64,000 bases of DNA, from assembly GCA_963736005.1 (NCBI GenBank), contig CAVTNB010000003.1:96001-160000 (forward strand), written 5' to 3'. The stretch is from an uncultured Pseudomonadota bacterium. GTDB taxonomy: Bacteria > Vulcanimicrobiota > Vulcanimicrobiia > Eremiobacterales > Eremiobacteraceae. The first letter of the stretch is position 1. Each line of letters begins with the position of its first letter. A model generated the notes under the pieces. It did not search any database and was not told the DNA's origin. It saw only the letters and a list, made by a program, of their open reading frames with translations. The translations under genes were made by a program, and so were the position numbers. Positions 10,720 through 20,121 of the stretch are shown one piece after another.

Positions 10720-11154
10720 ATGTGGCGGCGAATTCCCGCTTTGGCGATCGTGGCGACGTTGGGTGTGCTCGCGGTAGCGGCGTGTTCTCGTGGTGGTGGT
10801 GACTACGGGCCGGCCTCGGACGTGCAAGTCCTCCGAACGATGTGGCAAGCGGAATCAACAACCGGGAAGATCGCGCAAGTCGTCGTGGTGGGGAATTACG
10901 GTGTCGTCGACGTAACCGACACCGAAGGGAACGTCAATTACGTCGAGCTTTTCGTGAAAGGCGCTTCCCAGGTGCCCGGAGCGTGGCAAAAAGACATCGG
11001 CCGGCTCTACTCGAGCAACATCTACGGTCCGATTGCCGCGTGCGCGTTCACCCAGCGTGGAGTTCCGCAAGACGTAGCGGACCAGATTGTTGCTAACGAC
11101 ACGCGCCTCTCGGCCGCGGCGCGGCAAAACCCGCAGGCCGGATGCGGCGGTTGA
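10720..11154 (+). CDS. Hypothetical lipoprotein
   Basis: Signal peptide with lipobox-like VAAC. Confidence 0.65.
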   Translation: MWRRIPALAIVATLGVLAVAACSRGGGDYGPASDVQVLRTMWQAESTTGKIAQVVVVGNYGVVDVTDTEGNVNYVELFVKGASQVPGAWQKDIGRLYSSNIYGPIAACAFTQRGVPQDVADQIVANDTRLSAAARQNPQAGCGG

Positions 11155-11401
11155 GTCTGCCGGATTAGCAACGTAACCGACGTCCCACGTCACGCCATGC
11201 TGCTCACAACGGCCGACATATATGCCTCTAGAAAACGTCTACCGCAAGAGCGGCTAAAGCACCGTCCTTTGCGTTCTCGTTCGTTCTGGCGGGTTTTTAG
11301 GCTAGGGCTAACTTTCTGGGATGTTCAGCGGTTTCCAGCGAATCTCGCACAGTGGCTCCAAGGCCGTCAAATAAAGCTCAAAAACCTTACTGCGTGAAGC
11401 G

Positions 11402-11474
11402 TAGCCCCAAGGGAATTCGAATCCCTGTCTCCGCCTTGAGAGGGCGGCGTCCTAGGCCTCTAGACGATGGGGCC
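11402..11474 (-). tRNA. tRNA-Glu(CTC)
   Basis: GGCCCCA...TGGGGCT acceptor stem; anticodon arm CCGCC-CTCTCAA-GGCGG; TTCGAAT T-loop. Confidence 0.93.
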
Positions 11475-12129
11475 AAGAAATGCTCCCGGGCAAGGTCTCG
11501 AACCTCGAGTCTCGCGGTTCAGAGCCGCGCGTGTTACCAGTTACACCACCCGGGACATCGCCGTTCATTCGCTGCTGACGGACTCTTTGCTTTCTGTTTC
11601 GTGTTCCAAAAGTCGGCGTTTGGCTGTGACAATTAGGGCACAGCATGCGCAAATTTTCCAGCCGATGATCATTCCGAATGCCGTTGCGATGATCCAGGTG
11701 GATTGAGAGAGGTCTATCTCTCCAGTTGGTAATACCGCACTCCTCGCATTCATTCTTTAAGAGCCCCTCCTCGAGCAGACGTCGCTTGACCGATAACCTG
11801 GATTTAGATTCCCTCAAGACTCGTTCGAGCGGCCAGCGAGGCACCCGAGGCGTGATATCGTGGCGTTTGACCGCTTTACGCCACGCTTCGGCAGAGAACC
11901 CAAATTCGACCCGACTTGCCCGGAAGGTGTGACCCGCTTCGTAGTATTTCCGGACTGCATTCCAGTCAACACTAATGACTCGACTTTTCGTCTCAAGGTG
12001 ACCGCACTGAATCGCTTTGTACCAGGCGGCGATGCTAAACCCAAAGTGAGCCATGCACGCATCCCGATTGTTCCCCGCATCGTGGTAGCGTTGAATTGCA
12101 GCCCAATCGTATAGTTTTCGTCCCATCAT
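11452..12129 (-). CDS. HNH endonuclease with duplicated N-terminal helical repeat; ORF overlaps tRNA genes
   Basis: CEEC...LDHRNG.RNDHRLENLRMLCPNCHSQT zinc-finger HNH; GGAG RBS before MMGRK. Confidence 0.85.
   Translation of the reverse strand: MMGRKLYDWAAIQRYHDAGNNRDACMAHFGFSIAAWYKAIQCGHLETKSRVISVDWNAVRKYYEAGHTFRASRVEFGFSAEAWRKAVKRHDITPRVPRWPLERVLRESKSRLSVKRRLLEEGLLKNECEECGITNWRDRPLSIHLDHRNGIRNDHRLENLRMLCPNCHSQTPTFGTRNRKQRVRQQRMNGDVPGGVTGNTRGSEPRDSRFETLPGSISWPHRLEA
11483..11555 (-). tRNA. tRNA-Gln(CTG)
   Basis: TCCCGGG...CCCGGGA acceptor stem; anticodon arm CGCGG-CTCTGAA-CCGCG; GGTTCGAGACC T-arm. Confidence 0.92.
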
Positions 12130-12242
12130 CAAACTCCGCACTTGTCGAGCTTTGCCCAAATTTCACACATCTGTTGAAAACGTCCATGGGCCACGCGGGT
12201 TGTCGTCGATGAACGCCGAAAATCGCCGCGATGACTTTGGAT

Positions 12243-13058
12243 ATGACGACTGTAGAGTTGCTCGTGCGTTCGGCCTTCGCCGATCGCGAACGGTTAGCGG
12301 ATCCGGACGTCGGAGCCGCCGTCGAGCAGGTTATTGAGTCGCTGGATAGTGGCAAGTTTCGGGTCGCTGAATTTGATGGCAACAGCTGGGTTGTCAACGA
12401 CTGGATGCAGCAAGCGATCTTGCTCTATTTTGCGCTGAGAGAAGCGAGCGCGATCGACGCCGGACCTTTGAGCTTTTGGGATAAGATTCCAATGAAGAAA
12501 TCGTGGCGGCACACGGGCGTGCGCGTCGTGCCGCCAGGAGTCGCTCGATACGGAAGCTACCTTGCTCCCGGCGTTATTTTGATGCCGGCATTCGTGAACA
12601 TCGGTGCGCGGGTGGGCGAAGGCACGATGATCGACACGTGGGCAACCGTCGGCAGTTGCGCCCAAGTAGGCGGCGGCGTTCACATTTCCGGAGGTGTCGG
12701 GATTGGCGGCGTGCTCGAGCCTCCGAGCTCGCGCCCAGTCATCATTGAGGATGGAGCATTCATCGGCTCGCGCTGCATTATTGTCGAAGGCGTCATGGTC
12801 GAGCGCGAGGCAGTGCTCGGCGCGGGCGTCGTGCTCACCGCGTCAACGCCGATCGTCGATGTCACCGGATCGAAGCCGGCGATGTCGCGGGGCAAGATAC
12901 CAAAGCGCGCGGTCGTCATTCCGGGAATGCAACCGAAACAATATCCCGCAGGAAATTATTCCACACCTTGCGCGCTGATCATCGGACAGCGTTCGGAATC
13001 AACCGATAGAAAAACATCGCTCAACGCTGTGCTGCGCGAACACGGGTTAGCGGTCTGA
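12243..13058 (+). CDS. dapD: Tetrahydrodipicolinate N-succinyltransferase
   Basis: WVVNDW, DKIP, RVVPPG.AR.G, FVNIGA, DTWATVGSCAQ, GGVLEP hexapeptide repeats. Confidence 0.93.
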   Translation: MTTVELLVRSAFADRERLADPDVGAAVEQVIESLDSGKFRVAEFDGNSWVVNDWMQQAILLYFALREASAIDAGPLSFWDKIPMKKSWRHTGVRVVPPGVARYGSYLAPGVILMPAFVNIGARVGEGTMIDTWATVGSCAQVGGGVHISGGVGIGGVLEPPSSRPVIIEDGAFIGSRCIIVEGVMVEREAVLGAGVVLTASTPIVDVTGSKPAMSRGKIPKRAVVIPGMQPKQYPAGNYSTPCALIIGQRSESTDRKTSLNAVLREHGLAV

Positions 13059-14206
13059 TGAATCCTTCGGGAAATCCACTGCTTGCGGCAATCAAACCAT
13101 CCGCGATCCGCGCCATGCACGAGCGTAAACGCGAGACGTCGATCGATCTTGGCATGGGTCAACCAACGCTTATGCCGGCTATCGAGCCTTTCGGCGAAGC
13201 GATGGATTGGGTTCGCGACAATGGCACTCCCTACGCGCCGAATTCTGGCTTGCCTGAGCTCCGCGAGGCAATCGCGCGGATCTACGGAGGTTATTACAAC
13301 CCCACGGCCGCGAATGTCTGCGCCGTCAATGGATCGCAAGAGGGCATCTACCTTGCAGTAAAGGCGTTGCTCGACCCACGCACGGATGAAGCCTTGCTGA
13401 CAGACCCCACATACCCGTCGTACGGTCGCTGCTGCGACCTGGAAGGGATCAAACTGCGGACGGTGCGACAAAATTCTCAGGATGGTTTCGCGCTGTCAGC
13501 CGACTCGCTGCTTGACGCGTTGGGGCCAGCAACGCGCATGATCATTCTTGGATCACCAGCGAATCCTACGGCGACCGTGATGGACGAACGCGAACTGCGC
13601 CGTCTCGCACGGGGGCTGCTCGAACGCAAAGGGCCACCTGTGTGGGTCGTTGTTGACGAGGTTTACAGAGAATTGACGTTCACCGCCAAGCCCTATGCGA
13701 GTCTTTTGGATCATTACCCGCACGCAATCGCGCTGGAGAGCCTATCGAAATCTTGCGCGCTGACCGGGATGCGCATAGGCTTTGTCATAGGTTCGGTGGA
13801 TGCGGTGAGCGCTATGGTGAGGGCGCATGCCTTGATGTTGATGTCGGTGAATGTTTTTGCACAACACGTGGCGCTTGCGATCGTGCGTGAACCACGACGG
13901 CTACGCGCACACTTTGACTGGTACTCGGGGCAGCGCCAACTGCTCATCGATACTGCGGCGCGCCTTCATTTGAAGATCCTCGAACCCCAAGGCTCCTTCT
14001 ACACGATGCTCGCGCTACCGGAACGATGGGCCAATTCCGAAGCGGCCGCCGATCATTTGCTCGAGCGCTATGATGTCGTGACGGTCCCCGGCAGCGTGTT
14101 CGGCGAAGCCAGCGAAGGGTATCTTCGCCTGACGTGGTCTGCGCAGCCCGCCGATGTTGTCAAGGGGTTAGAGCGCATCGCCGAATTCTGGACGAACGCA
14201 ACCTAA
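13058..14206 (+). CDS. PLP-dependent aminotransferase class I/II (DapC candidate)
   Basis: GLPELREAIA, SPANPT, DEVY, SLSKS.ALTGMRIG; overlaps the dapD stop. Confidence 0.85.
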   Translation: MNPSGNPLLAAIKPSAIRAMHERKRETSIDLGMGQPTLMPAIEPFGEAMDWVRDNGTPYAPNSGLPELREAIARIYGGYYNPTAANVCAVNGSQEGIYLAVKALLDPRTDEALLTDPTYPSYGRCCDLEGIKLRTVRQNSQDGFALSADSLLDALGPATRMIILGSPANPTATVMDERELRRLARGLLERKGPPVWVVVDEVYRELTFTAKPYASLLDHYPHAIALESLSKSCALTGMRIGFVIGSVDAVSAMVRAHALMLMSVNVFAQHVALAIVREPRRLRAHFDWYSGQRQLLIDTAARLHLKILEPQGSFYTMLALPERWANSEAAADHLLERYDVVTVPGSVFGEASEGYLRLTWSAQPADVVKGLERIAEFWTNAT

Positions 14207-14581
14207 GTGCTATCCGCCGTCATTGCGTGCCTCTGTCTCGTGGGGCTCTACATTTCTGCATTCATGCTGCGCAAGCAAGTTCGTGGCGAGCGCGGAGCAA
14301 TCAAGGAGCCAAGCGTTGTCTTCACTCCTCGGGCGAGAGCAATGGGGCCCCCGAACTCGCTGCTCGGGCTGTTCTTTTATCTTGCATTGCTCTTGATGGC
14401 GCCGTTCCTGTCAAACCCGATTGTATGGATGCTGGCAACGGTTGCTTCGACCCTTGCCGCCGCGCTCTCCGTGTATCTTGCCTACAGCCTGTTATTTGTC
14501 ACCCGCATGCGTTGCGCATACTGCTGGACTGGCCATGTCATCAACTGGTTGTTGCTTGGGCTATTAATTGTGCGACGCTAG
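14207..14581 (+). CDS. Vitamin K epoxide reductase (VKOR) family protein
   Basis: Four TM segments, G.PNSLLG, CAYC redox motif. Confidence 0.75.
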   Translation: MLSAVIACLCLVGLYISAFMLRKQVRGERGAIKEPSVVFTPRARAMGPPNSLLGLFFYLALLLMAPFLSNPIVWMLATVASTLAAALSVYLAYSLLFVTRMRCAYCWTGHVINWLLLGLLIVRR

Positions 14582-14584
14582 GCT

Positions 14585-14640
14585 TTAGTCGCGCGAATTC
14601 ATTCGCGCGTCCGTCGTCACGAATAAATTCGTGACACTAC
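14585..14640. repeat. Inverted REP doublet (family B) between convergent genes
   Basis: TTAGTCGCGCGAATTCATTCGCGCG and GTCACGAATAAATTCGTGACACTAC. Confidence 0.85.
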
Positions 14641-15497
14641 AGACGTTCTGCGCGGAACAGGCCGTCGATGATTGAGAACATTCGCGCGTCGCGGGTTTGC
14701 AGATCCTTGCGTGTCAAGGGAAGCCAACTTGAACGATCGTCGCTTACCTCAACGTACGCGCGCATGGACTCGGCAAAGTATTCATCAAGACCGCTGGCTG
14801 CATACTCGTTGATAAAACCATTTGCGGCCGCGTACGATGCGCGAATCTCGGCATTCTCAAATGAAAAGTACGAGCGGGGGCGGTTCGCCAGCAGAGCATC
14901 GAGCGCGTGCGCAAATTCATGAGCGGCGGCCATGCGCAACGCGCCGCTCCGCAAAAGAATCAATTTTTCTTCGAGGACGAAGAGGCCAGCCGGCGGCGCC
15001 TGCCATCGATCGATGTCGGGAACAAGCGCGGCAACGGCTGGCGAGCACTGGGTGAACGGCCGGCCGTTAGGCACGATCGTCATTCGAACGCCCGCGTTGA
15101 CGGCGAGCCTAAGCGCACGATCTCCAAAAGGCGCGAGTGCGGCTGTCAGCGTGGCCGGCGGTGCTCGCCCCAGCAGCGCGGAGACCAACACCCGAGTGGT
15201 GCTTGAGGCGGCGAGCCTGATTGAGCTCGGTACCGCGTTAAAAGGTTCGCTGACGACAACCCCGTCTGCCGTCTCGTACGCACATACTTGCAAACCTTGG
15301 AGACGGCGAAGCGCCCCGAGGACTCGCTCGAGCGCCAAACCAGAGGAGCCACGAGCCGCAAGCACTTCGCGCCGACGATGATAGCGAGCACTCAACACCG
15401 CCAACGCGCGTTTGGTTAATCCTTCCTCGCATGGCCGCAAGCGAGAGGTGTCGGGTGGAAGCGCCAAGCTTGCAAGCGTGATGCGCGGAGCAGGCAT
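14637..15497 (-). CDS. Zinc metallopeptidase, anthrax lethal factor-like domain
   Basis: HEFAHALD zincin motif followed by EYAAS..DEYFAES. Confidence 0.65.
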   Translation of the reverse strand: MPAPRITLASLALPPDTSRLRPCEEGLTKRALAVLSARYHRRREVLAARGSSGLALERVLGALRRLQGLQVCAYETADGVVVSEPFNAVPSSIRLAASSTTRVLVSALLGRAPPATLTAALAPFGDRALRLAVNAGVRMTIVPNGRPFTQCSPAVAALVPDIDRWQAPPAGLFVLEEKLILLRSGALRMAAAHEFAHALDALLANRPRSYFSFENAEIRASYAAANGFINEYAASGLDEYFAESMRAYVEVSDDRSSWLPLTRKDLQTRDARMFSIIDGLFRAERL

Positions 15498-15551
15498 CCG
15501 CGCAGCATGGTGGAGTTTCGCGTCCTAGATGTGACGAATGCTTGAATAAGT

Positions 15552-16490
15552 CTATTTGACCAGAGATCGGGCAGTAACAAACGTGATGCCGACGGCCTGC
15601 ATCTCGGGTATCGCTTCCTTGAGCGCTTGCGCGGTTGTGTCGAACGGATGCCCGATCGCGATGGCGGTCCCCCGCTTGAGAGCCACTCGCTGCAGTTGTG
15701 CGAACTGCCCTTCGATGTACTTAAGGTCTCTTGAGTCGTCCAAGAAGACGTCACGCTGGGCAGTGGGGATGCCGAGGGCGCGCGCCGTTGTCGCAGCGAC
15801 GGTCGTGTAGCTCGTCATCGAATCAATAAAGAAAAGATGATGCTTTTGGAAGACTTGGAGGACGTCGCGCATGACTCGCGGGTCGCTCGTCGCTTTGCTC
15901 CCCATGTGGTTATTTGCGCCCGGCACGTCAGGCACGGACGCGAGGTCTGCTTCAACCTGGGCCACGACCTCTGCATCCGACATCGCCGTCATGATGGCGC
16001 CTTGGCCGGGATGAGCCAATGGCGAATCAGCTTCCATCGGCAAATGCAGCATGACCGACTTGCCGGCCGCCACGGCATCTGCCTCGAGCTCTTTACCGTG
16101 AGGCGTCATCGGCAGTATTGAAATCGTGATGGGGATGGGCATTGCGAGAAACTGCTTGCAGCGATTCACGTTGTAGCCGCAGTCATCGATGATAATAGCA
16201 ACCCTCGGTCCCGTGCCCGATACTGGGCCAGAAACGGCCGGCGTTGGAGTTTGGACGATTGGGCTTGGAGGCGGCGCAAGAATGGACGTTGCACTCGCTT
16301 GTGGGATCGGAAGCTCGCGACTGCCGGTAAAATAGCCTTTGATGATTTGCCTGTTGATGGCAGCGATGGCAACGACGATCGCAAGGATCACGAGCACCAC
16401 CACGAGCAGTCCGACGCGGCCGCGCGCCCGGGCATTTGAGCGGCGGTTCCTCGCGCCGCGCCTTTGCTTTGGCATTGAACTCACGTTCAA
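15552..16490 (-). CDS. Divergent polysaccharide deacetylase family protein
   Basis: AIIIDDCG, MLHLPME, GANNHMGS, FFIDS, RDVFLD, AIAIGHP; N-terminal TM anchor. Confidence 0.9.
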   Translation of the reverse strand: MNVSSMPKQRRGARNRRSNARARGRVGLLVVVLVILAIVVAIAAINRQIIKGYFTGSRELPIPQASATSILAPPPSPIVQTPTPAVSGPVSGTGPRVAIIIDDCGYNVNRCKQFLAMPIPITISILPMTPHGKELEADAVAAGKSVMLHLPMEADSPLAHPGQGAIMTAMSDAEVVAQVEADLASVPDVPGANNHMGSKATSDPRVMRDVLQVFQKHHLFFIDSMTSYTTVAATTARALGIPTAQRDVFLDDSRDLKYIEGQFAQLQRVALKRGTAIAIGHPFDTTAQALKEAIPEMQAVGITFVTARSLVK

Positions 16491-16516
16491 TGCAGTCGCT
16501 CCAATTCATGCTGGGA

Positions 16517-16638
16517 AGCGGACCTAGTGGTCCGCTGCTACGTCGTAGAATCGGCGACGAGGGGGACGCGCGAATAAATTCGCGCGACTCCATTGGGTGT
16601 TCGGCTCGCGCGAATACATTCGCGCGACTCCATTGGGT
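16517..16638 (-). repeat. REP cluster: one family A and two degenerate family B copies
   Basis: AGCGGACCTAGTGGTCCGCTGCTAC; two copies of CGCGCGAATAnATTCGCGCGACTCCATTGGGT. Confidence 0.85.
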
Positions 16639-16657
16639 AAGAAAAATATTTGTGCGT

Positions 16658-17125
16658 TTAATGCGAAGGAGTCGTGGTCGGCGTCACGAGCGGTGGAATG
16701 GGAAGATCCTTCAACACGTGCACGACAACATCGAGCCGGCGCTGGGCAATCACATCACCGCCTGGTCCGAGGACGCGCACGGTGATATACTTCATGCCGC
16801 TGAGCGCAACGATTGCGCCGTTGATAGGGAACGTGAAATCTTTATCGACGACATAGCCAAGCGGCGATGAGGGAATGCTCTGGTCAATGGTTTCCGTCTG
16901 ACTCGCGAGTTCGCTGTCTGCGGCATTGTAGACGGCGAACTGGAGCGAACCAATCGGCACTTTCCCGAAGCCCCGGGCGACGGCGTGGGCATGAACGGTC
17001 GCCTGCGTGTCGAGCACCCCCACAACGAGTGGATTCGGGGTGAGATCTAACGACAGCGAGTGAGCGTTACAGCCGCTCAGCGCAAGCGCCAAGGAAGCTG
17101 CCAAGAGCAAGAAAGACCGGCGCAT
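16658..17125 (-). CDS. Hypothetical lipoprotein
   Basis: Lipobox LSGC after a hydrophobic signal. Confidence 0.7.
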   Translation of the reverse strand: MRRSFLLLAASLALALSGCNAHSLSLDLTPNPLVVGVLDTQATVHAHAVARGFGKVPIGSLQFAVYNAADSELASQTETIDQSIPSSPLGYVVDKDFTFPINGAIVALSGMKYITVRVLGPGGDVIAQRRLDVVVHVLKDLPIPPLVTPTTTPSH

Positions 17126-17151
17126 TGGGATTCCTTTGTGTTTCGTCAGCG

Positions 17152-18834
17152 TTAGGGCGTCGAACCGGACGAAGGCGTTCCGGTGACGGGCTGCGTCACG
17201 GGGGCTGGGACCACGTGAGGCGTTACCGTTATAACGAGATTGGTATTCTGTTTTGTTTCGGTTTGGTAACGGAAGAGCGCCCCCAAGATTGGGATGTCGC
17301 CGAGAATGGGGATCTTTTGCAGATTGTGGATGTCTTGCTCTTGGAGGAGCCCGCCGATGACAAGGGTTTGGCCCTCCATGAGATTGACTTTGGTTTGCGC
17401 TTGGCGCGTAGAAATCTGCGGATCGTTACTGCTGTCAAAGCCCGTGACGGACGACACTTGCGAGAAGACGTTCGCATCCACTCCCCCGCTACCCGTGATC
17501 CGGGGCAAGATCTGCAAGGTAACGCCAACGTTGATGTATTCAACCTGACTTGACACGGCGCCAACACCACCCACGCCAACCGGTGTGGTCACTCGAATGG
17601 GCAGTGAATCACCGGTTAAGATCGAGGCGCCCACCCCATCTTGCGTGAGGATCTTCGGCGAGGCAAGCACGCGCGCGTGGCCCGAGGTGACCAGTGCCCA
17701 AATATTTGATTGAATCGCAAGCGCTCCGGCGATCACCTGAGCGGGAAGACCGTTGAGGATTGCCGATTGCGCGTTGAAGATGCGCGTCAGCGGCTGAGTG
17801 GTGCTCTGATTATAATCCAAGCCGAGCGCTGTGGCGCCAGTTTCGTTGACTTCGATGACTTGCGTGTCGAGCAACACGCTTTGCACCGGCACGTCGAGCT
17901 GCGCGATCAACGCGAGCATGGGCGCGAGCTGATCGCGCGTTCCGGTCAGAATAACCGCGTTGAGGCGCCGATCGATCGCGATATTATCGGTCACGCGTTG
18001 CCCAAGCGGCTCTTCTTCTCCTGACACACCGGTGGTAGGATACTGCGAAAACGGCTGGATCGTTTGTCCCGTACCGAAATTTCCGGTTCCAAAATTGCCC
18101 GTGCCGAATCCAGGCTGTTGCTGCATGCCGAGCTGGGCAGGCTGGGGATTAAACGTGTTGCCGGGTGAGATGTTTGCGCTTCCCGAGAGAATACCGACGA
18201 CTTCAGAAAGATCTGCATAGTTCAAACGGATGATCTGCGTTGTGACCCCACCCGCAGAGCTGCTGGTATTGCTCGGACGTTGAAAGGCGGAACCTCCCGG
18301 TGCGGGCGTCGCGTACGAAAACGGCGGCACATCGACGATCAACAGGTTCCCTGGCGCGTTCGTCAGTTTCGGCACGACCGGTGCTTGCAAGGAAATTGCA
18401 ACCAACAACGCATTGTTTTGAATCGCGATATTGACAGCCTGGATGACGCCTAGATTCACTGGAATGATGGTCGGCACGGTGGGAGCGGCAACGGTTCCGC
18501 TAAACTGCAGCACGTAGTTTGCTGTTGCCCCACTCGAGACGATCCGCACGTTCGGTAGACTGGAGAATTGTAACAAGACTCGCACGTGGCCGTTGGGGAG
18601 CTGCTGCGATTGAATGTACTGAAGGACCGGAACAGCGGCGACGGTCATTGGCGCGCGGGTTGGAAGGAGGTTCCCCGCGGCGAGCGCCGCGTTGCGCGAC
18701 ACCAGAGCTGCAAGCACGCCGGCAACCAGCACGAGCACGATCCATCGCGCTCTAGCAACAAGAGACGGCGTCGCCCTCAATTGGAAGATCCAGGTTTCAC
18801 AAAACGGTCCCCATTGACTCTGCGCGTTAGTCAT
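17152..18834 (-). CDS. Secretin (GspD/PilQ-like outer-membrane channel)
   Basis: IIRLNYAD, IDRRLNAVIL.G, LIAQLDVP..SVL, VLASPKILT, VGVTL.ILPRI, TLVIGGLL, KIPILGDIPILGALF; start uncertain. Confidence 0.88.
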   Translation of the reverse strand: MTNAQSQWGPFCETWIFQLRATPSLVARARWIVLVLVAGVLAALVSRNAALAAGNLLPTRAPMTVAAVPVLQYIQSQQLPNGHVRVLLQFSSLPNVRIVSSGATANYVLQFSGTVAAPTVPTIIPVNLGVIQAVNIAIQNNALLVAISLQAPVVPKLTNAPGNLLIVDVPPFSYATPAPGGSAFQRPSNTSSSAGGVTTQIIRLNYADLSEVVGILSGSANISPGNTFNPQPAQLGMQQQPGFGTGNFGTGNFGTGQTIQPFSQYPTTGVSGEEEPLGQRVTDNIAIDRRLNAVILTGTRDQLAPMLALIAQLDVPVQSVLLDTQVIEVNETGATALGLDYNQSTTQPLTRIFNAQSAILNGLPAQVIAGALAIQSNIWALVTSGHARVLASPKILTQDGVGASILTGDSLPIRVTTPVGVGGVGAVSSQVEYINVGVTLQILPRITGSGGVDANVFSQVSSVTGFDSSNDPQISTRQAQTKVNLMEGQTLVIGGLLQEQDIHNLQKIPILGDIPILGALFRYQTETKQNTNLVITVTPHVVPAPVTQPVTGTPSSGSTP

Positions 18835-18855
18835 CGGCCGTTTCGCCTTCGCGCT

Positions 18856-20121
18856 TTACGCGGCCTGTTCGGGGCGGCTAAAGAGCCAGAGAAAGTTCAT
18901 CATCAGGAGGTTAGCAACCACGCTTGACCCGCCATATGAGATGAAGGGCAGCGTGATCCCAGTTAGTGGAAGCAGCCCAACGACCCCGCCGACAATGATC
19001 GCCACTTGGATGCCCAGGGTTGCGGCGAAGCCCACCGCCAGCAATGCTGTGAATTTGTCGCGAGCAAAGAAGGCGATGCGAAAACCGCGGACCACGAGAG
19101 CTCCATAGAGCGCTAGCACCGCGAGGCCACCGATCAAACCGAACTCCTCTGCAATCGCCCCGAATGGATAGTCCGTTGCAGCATCGGGAATAAATCCCGG
19201 ATGGCCTAAGTGATAGCCCGTACCAAGCAAGCCCCCTGCCGCGAGTGAAAAATACGCTTGTTCTGGCTGGTAACCGCGTCCCAGCGGATCGCTCCAGGGA
19301 TCGAGCCATATACCGATGCGCGCACCGACGTAAGGAAAGCTCTGCGCCAAGATCCACGCGGCAGCGATGAAAAGCAAGGCCGAGACAATAACCAAGTCCA
19401 ATCGTCTCGACGCGACGTAGAGCATGACCAAGAAAATGCCGAGAAAAAGACCCGCCATGCCGAAGTCGTGCTGCAACCCCAGACTCGTGATGGCGATCCC
19501 CCATACAAGGAAGAGCGGCCAAACCAAGCGCAGCGTCGGACCGATTTCGCTGGGCCGCAGAGCTGCGAGCGCGGCGCCATTTTTGGACAGATACGCCGCC
19601 ATAAAGAAGACCATAAACAGCTTAATGACCTCAACCGGCTGAGCGGTGAAGGGACCAATCCGAAACCACAGCCGCGCACCGTTGACTTCGGTGCCAAAAA
19701 AGATGAGCAGCACGAATAACGCGAGCGAAAGCATCACCCACACATAGGTGACGTTTTCCAGTTTGCGATATTGAAGAAAGAGTCTCTGGCCGAAAATGAC
19801 GATCGCCAAGCCAACGATCATCGAAATCACTTGGTGCGTACCCAAGTAGAGGTCCAGCCGCGCGATGGTGAGGATGCCGATGGCGCATAAAGCTGCCACG
19901 ATTGCAATCAGCGCTCTGTCGCATGAGGCAGCTTGCGGAATGCTGACGCTCCACGCCAAAAAGCATGCCGCCAGTACGGCGAGGAGCCACCACGGAAATG
20001 GGCCGTCGAGAGGCAGGAGGACAACAAAGATGGCGGAGATTGCGGCGAGGACGACAAGCAGCGCGACCGGAATCCGGCGCGCTTGGCGCGGCTGGTCTAG
20101 TGCTGCGCTTTCGACTGCCAA
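18856..20121 (-). CDS. FtsW/RodA/SpoVE family SEDS protein
   Basis: NGARLW, QPVE..K, DFG, WLDPW.DP.G.GYQ, TD, LPLTGITLPFISYGGSS. Confidence 0.92.
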   Translation of the reverse strand: MAVESAALDQPRQARRIPVALLVVLAAISAIFVVLLPLDGPFPWWLLAVLAACFLAWSVSIPQAASCDRALIAIVAALCAIGILTIARLDLYLGTHQVISMIVGLAIVIFGQRLFLQYRKLENVTYVWVMLSLALFVLLIFFGTEVNGARLWFRIGPFTAQPVEVIKLFMVFFMAAYLSKNGAALAALRPSEIGPTLRLVWPLFLVWGIAITSLGLQHDFGMAGLFLGIFLVMLYVASRRLDLVIVSALLFIAAAWILAQSFPYVGARIGIWLDPWSDPLGRGYQPEQAYFSLAAGGLLGTGYHLGHPGFIPDAATDYPFGAIAEEFGLIGGLAVLALYGALVVRGFRIAFFARDKFTALLAVGFAATLGIQVAIIVGGVVGLLPLTGITLPFISYGGSSVVANLLMMNFLWLFSRPEQAA

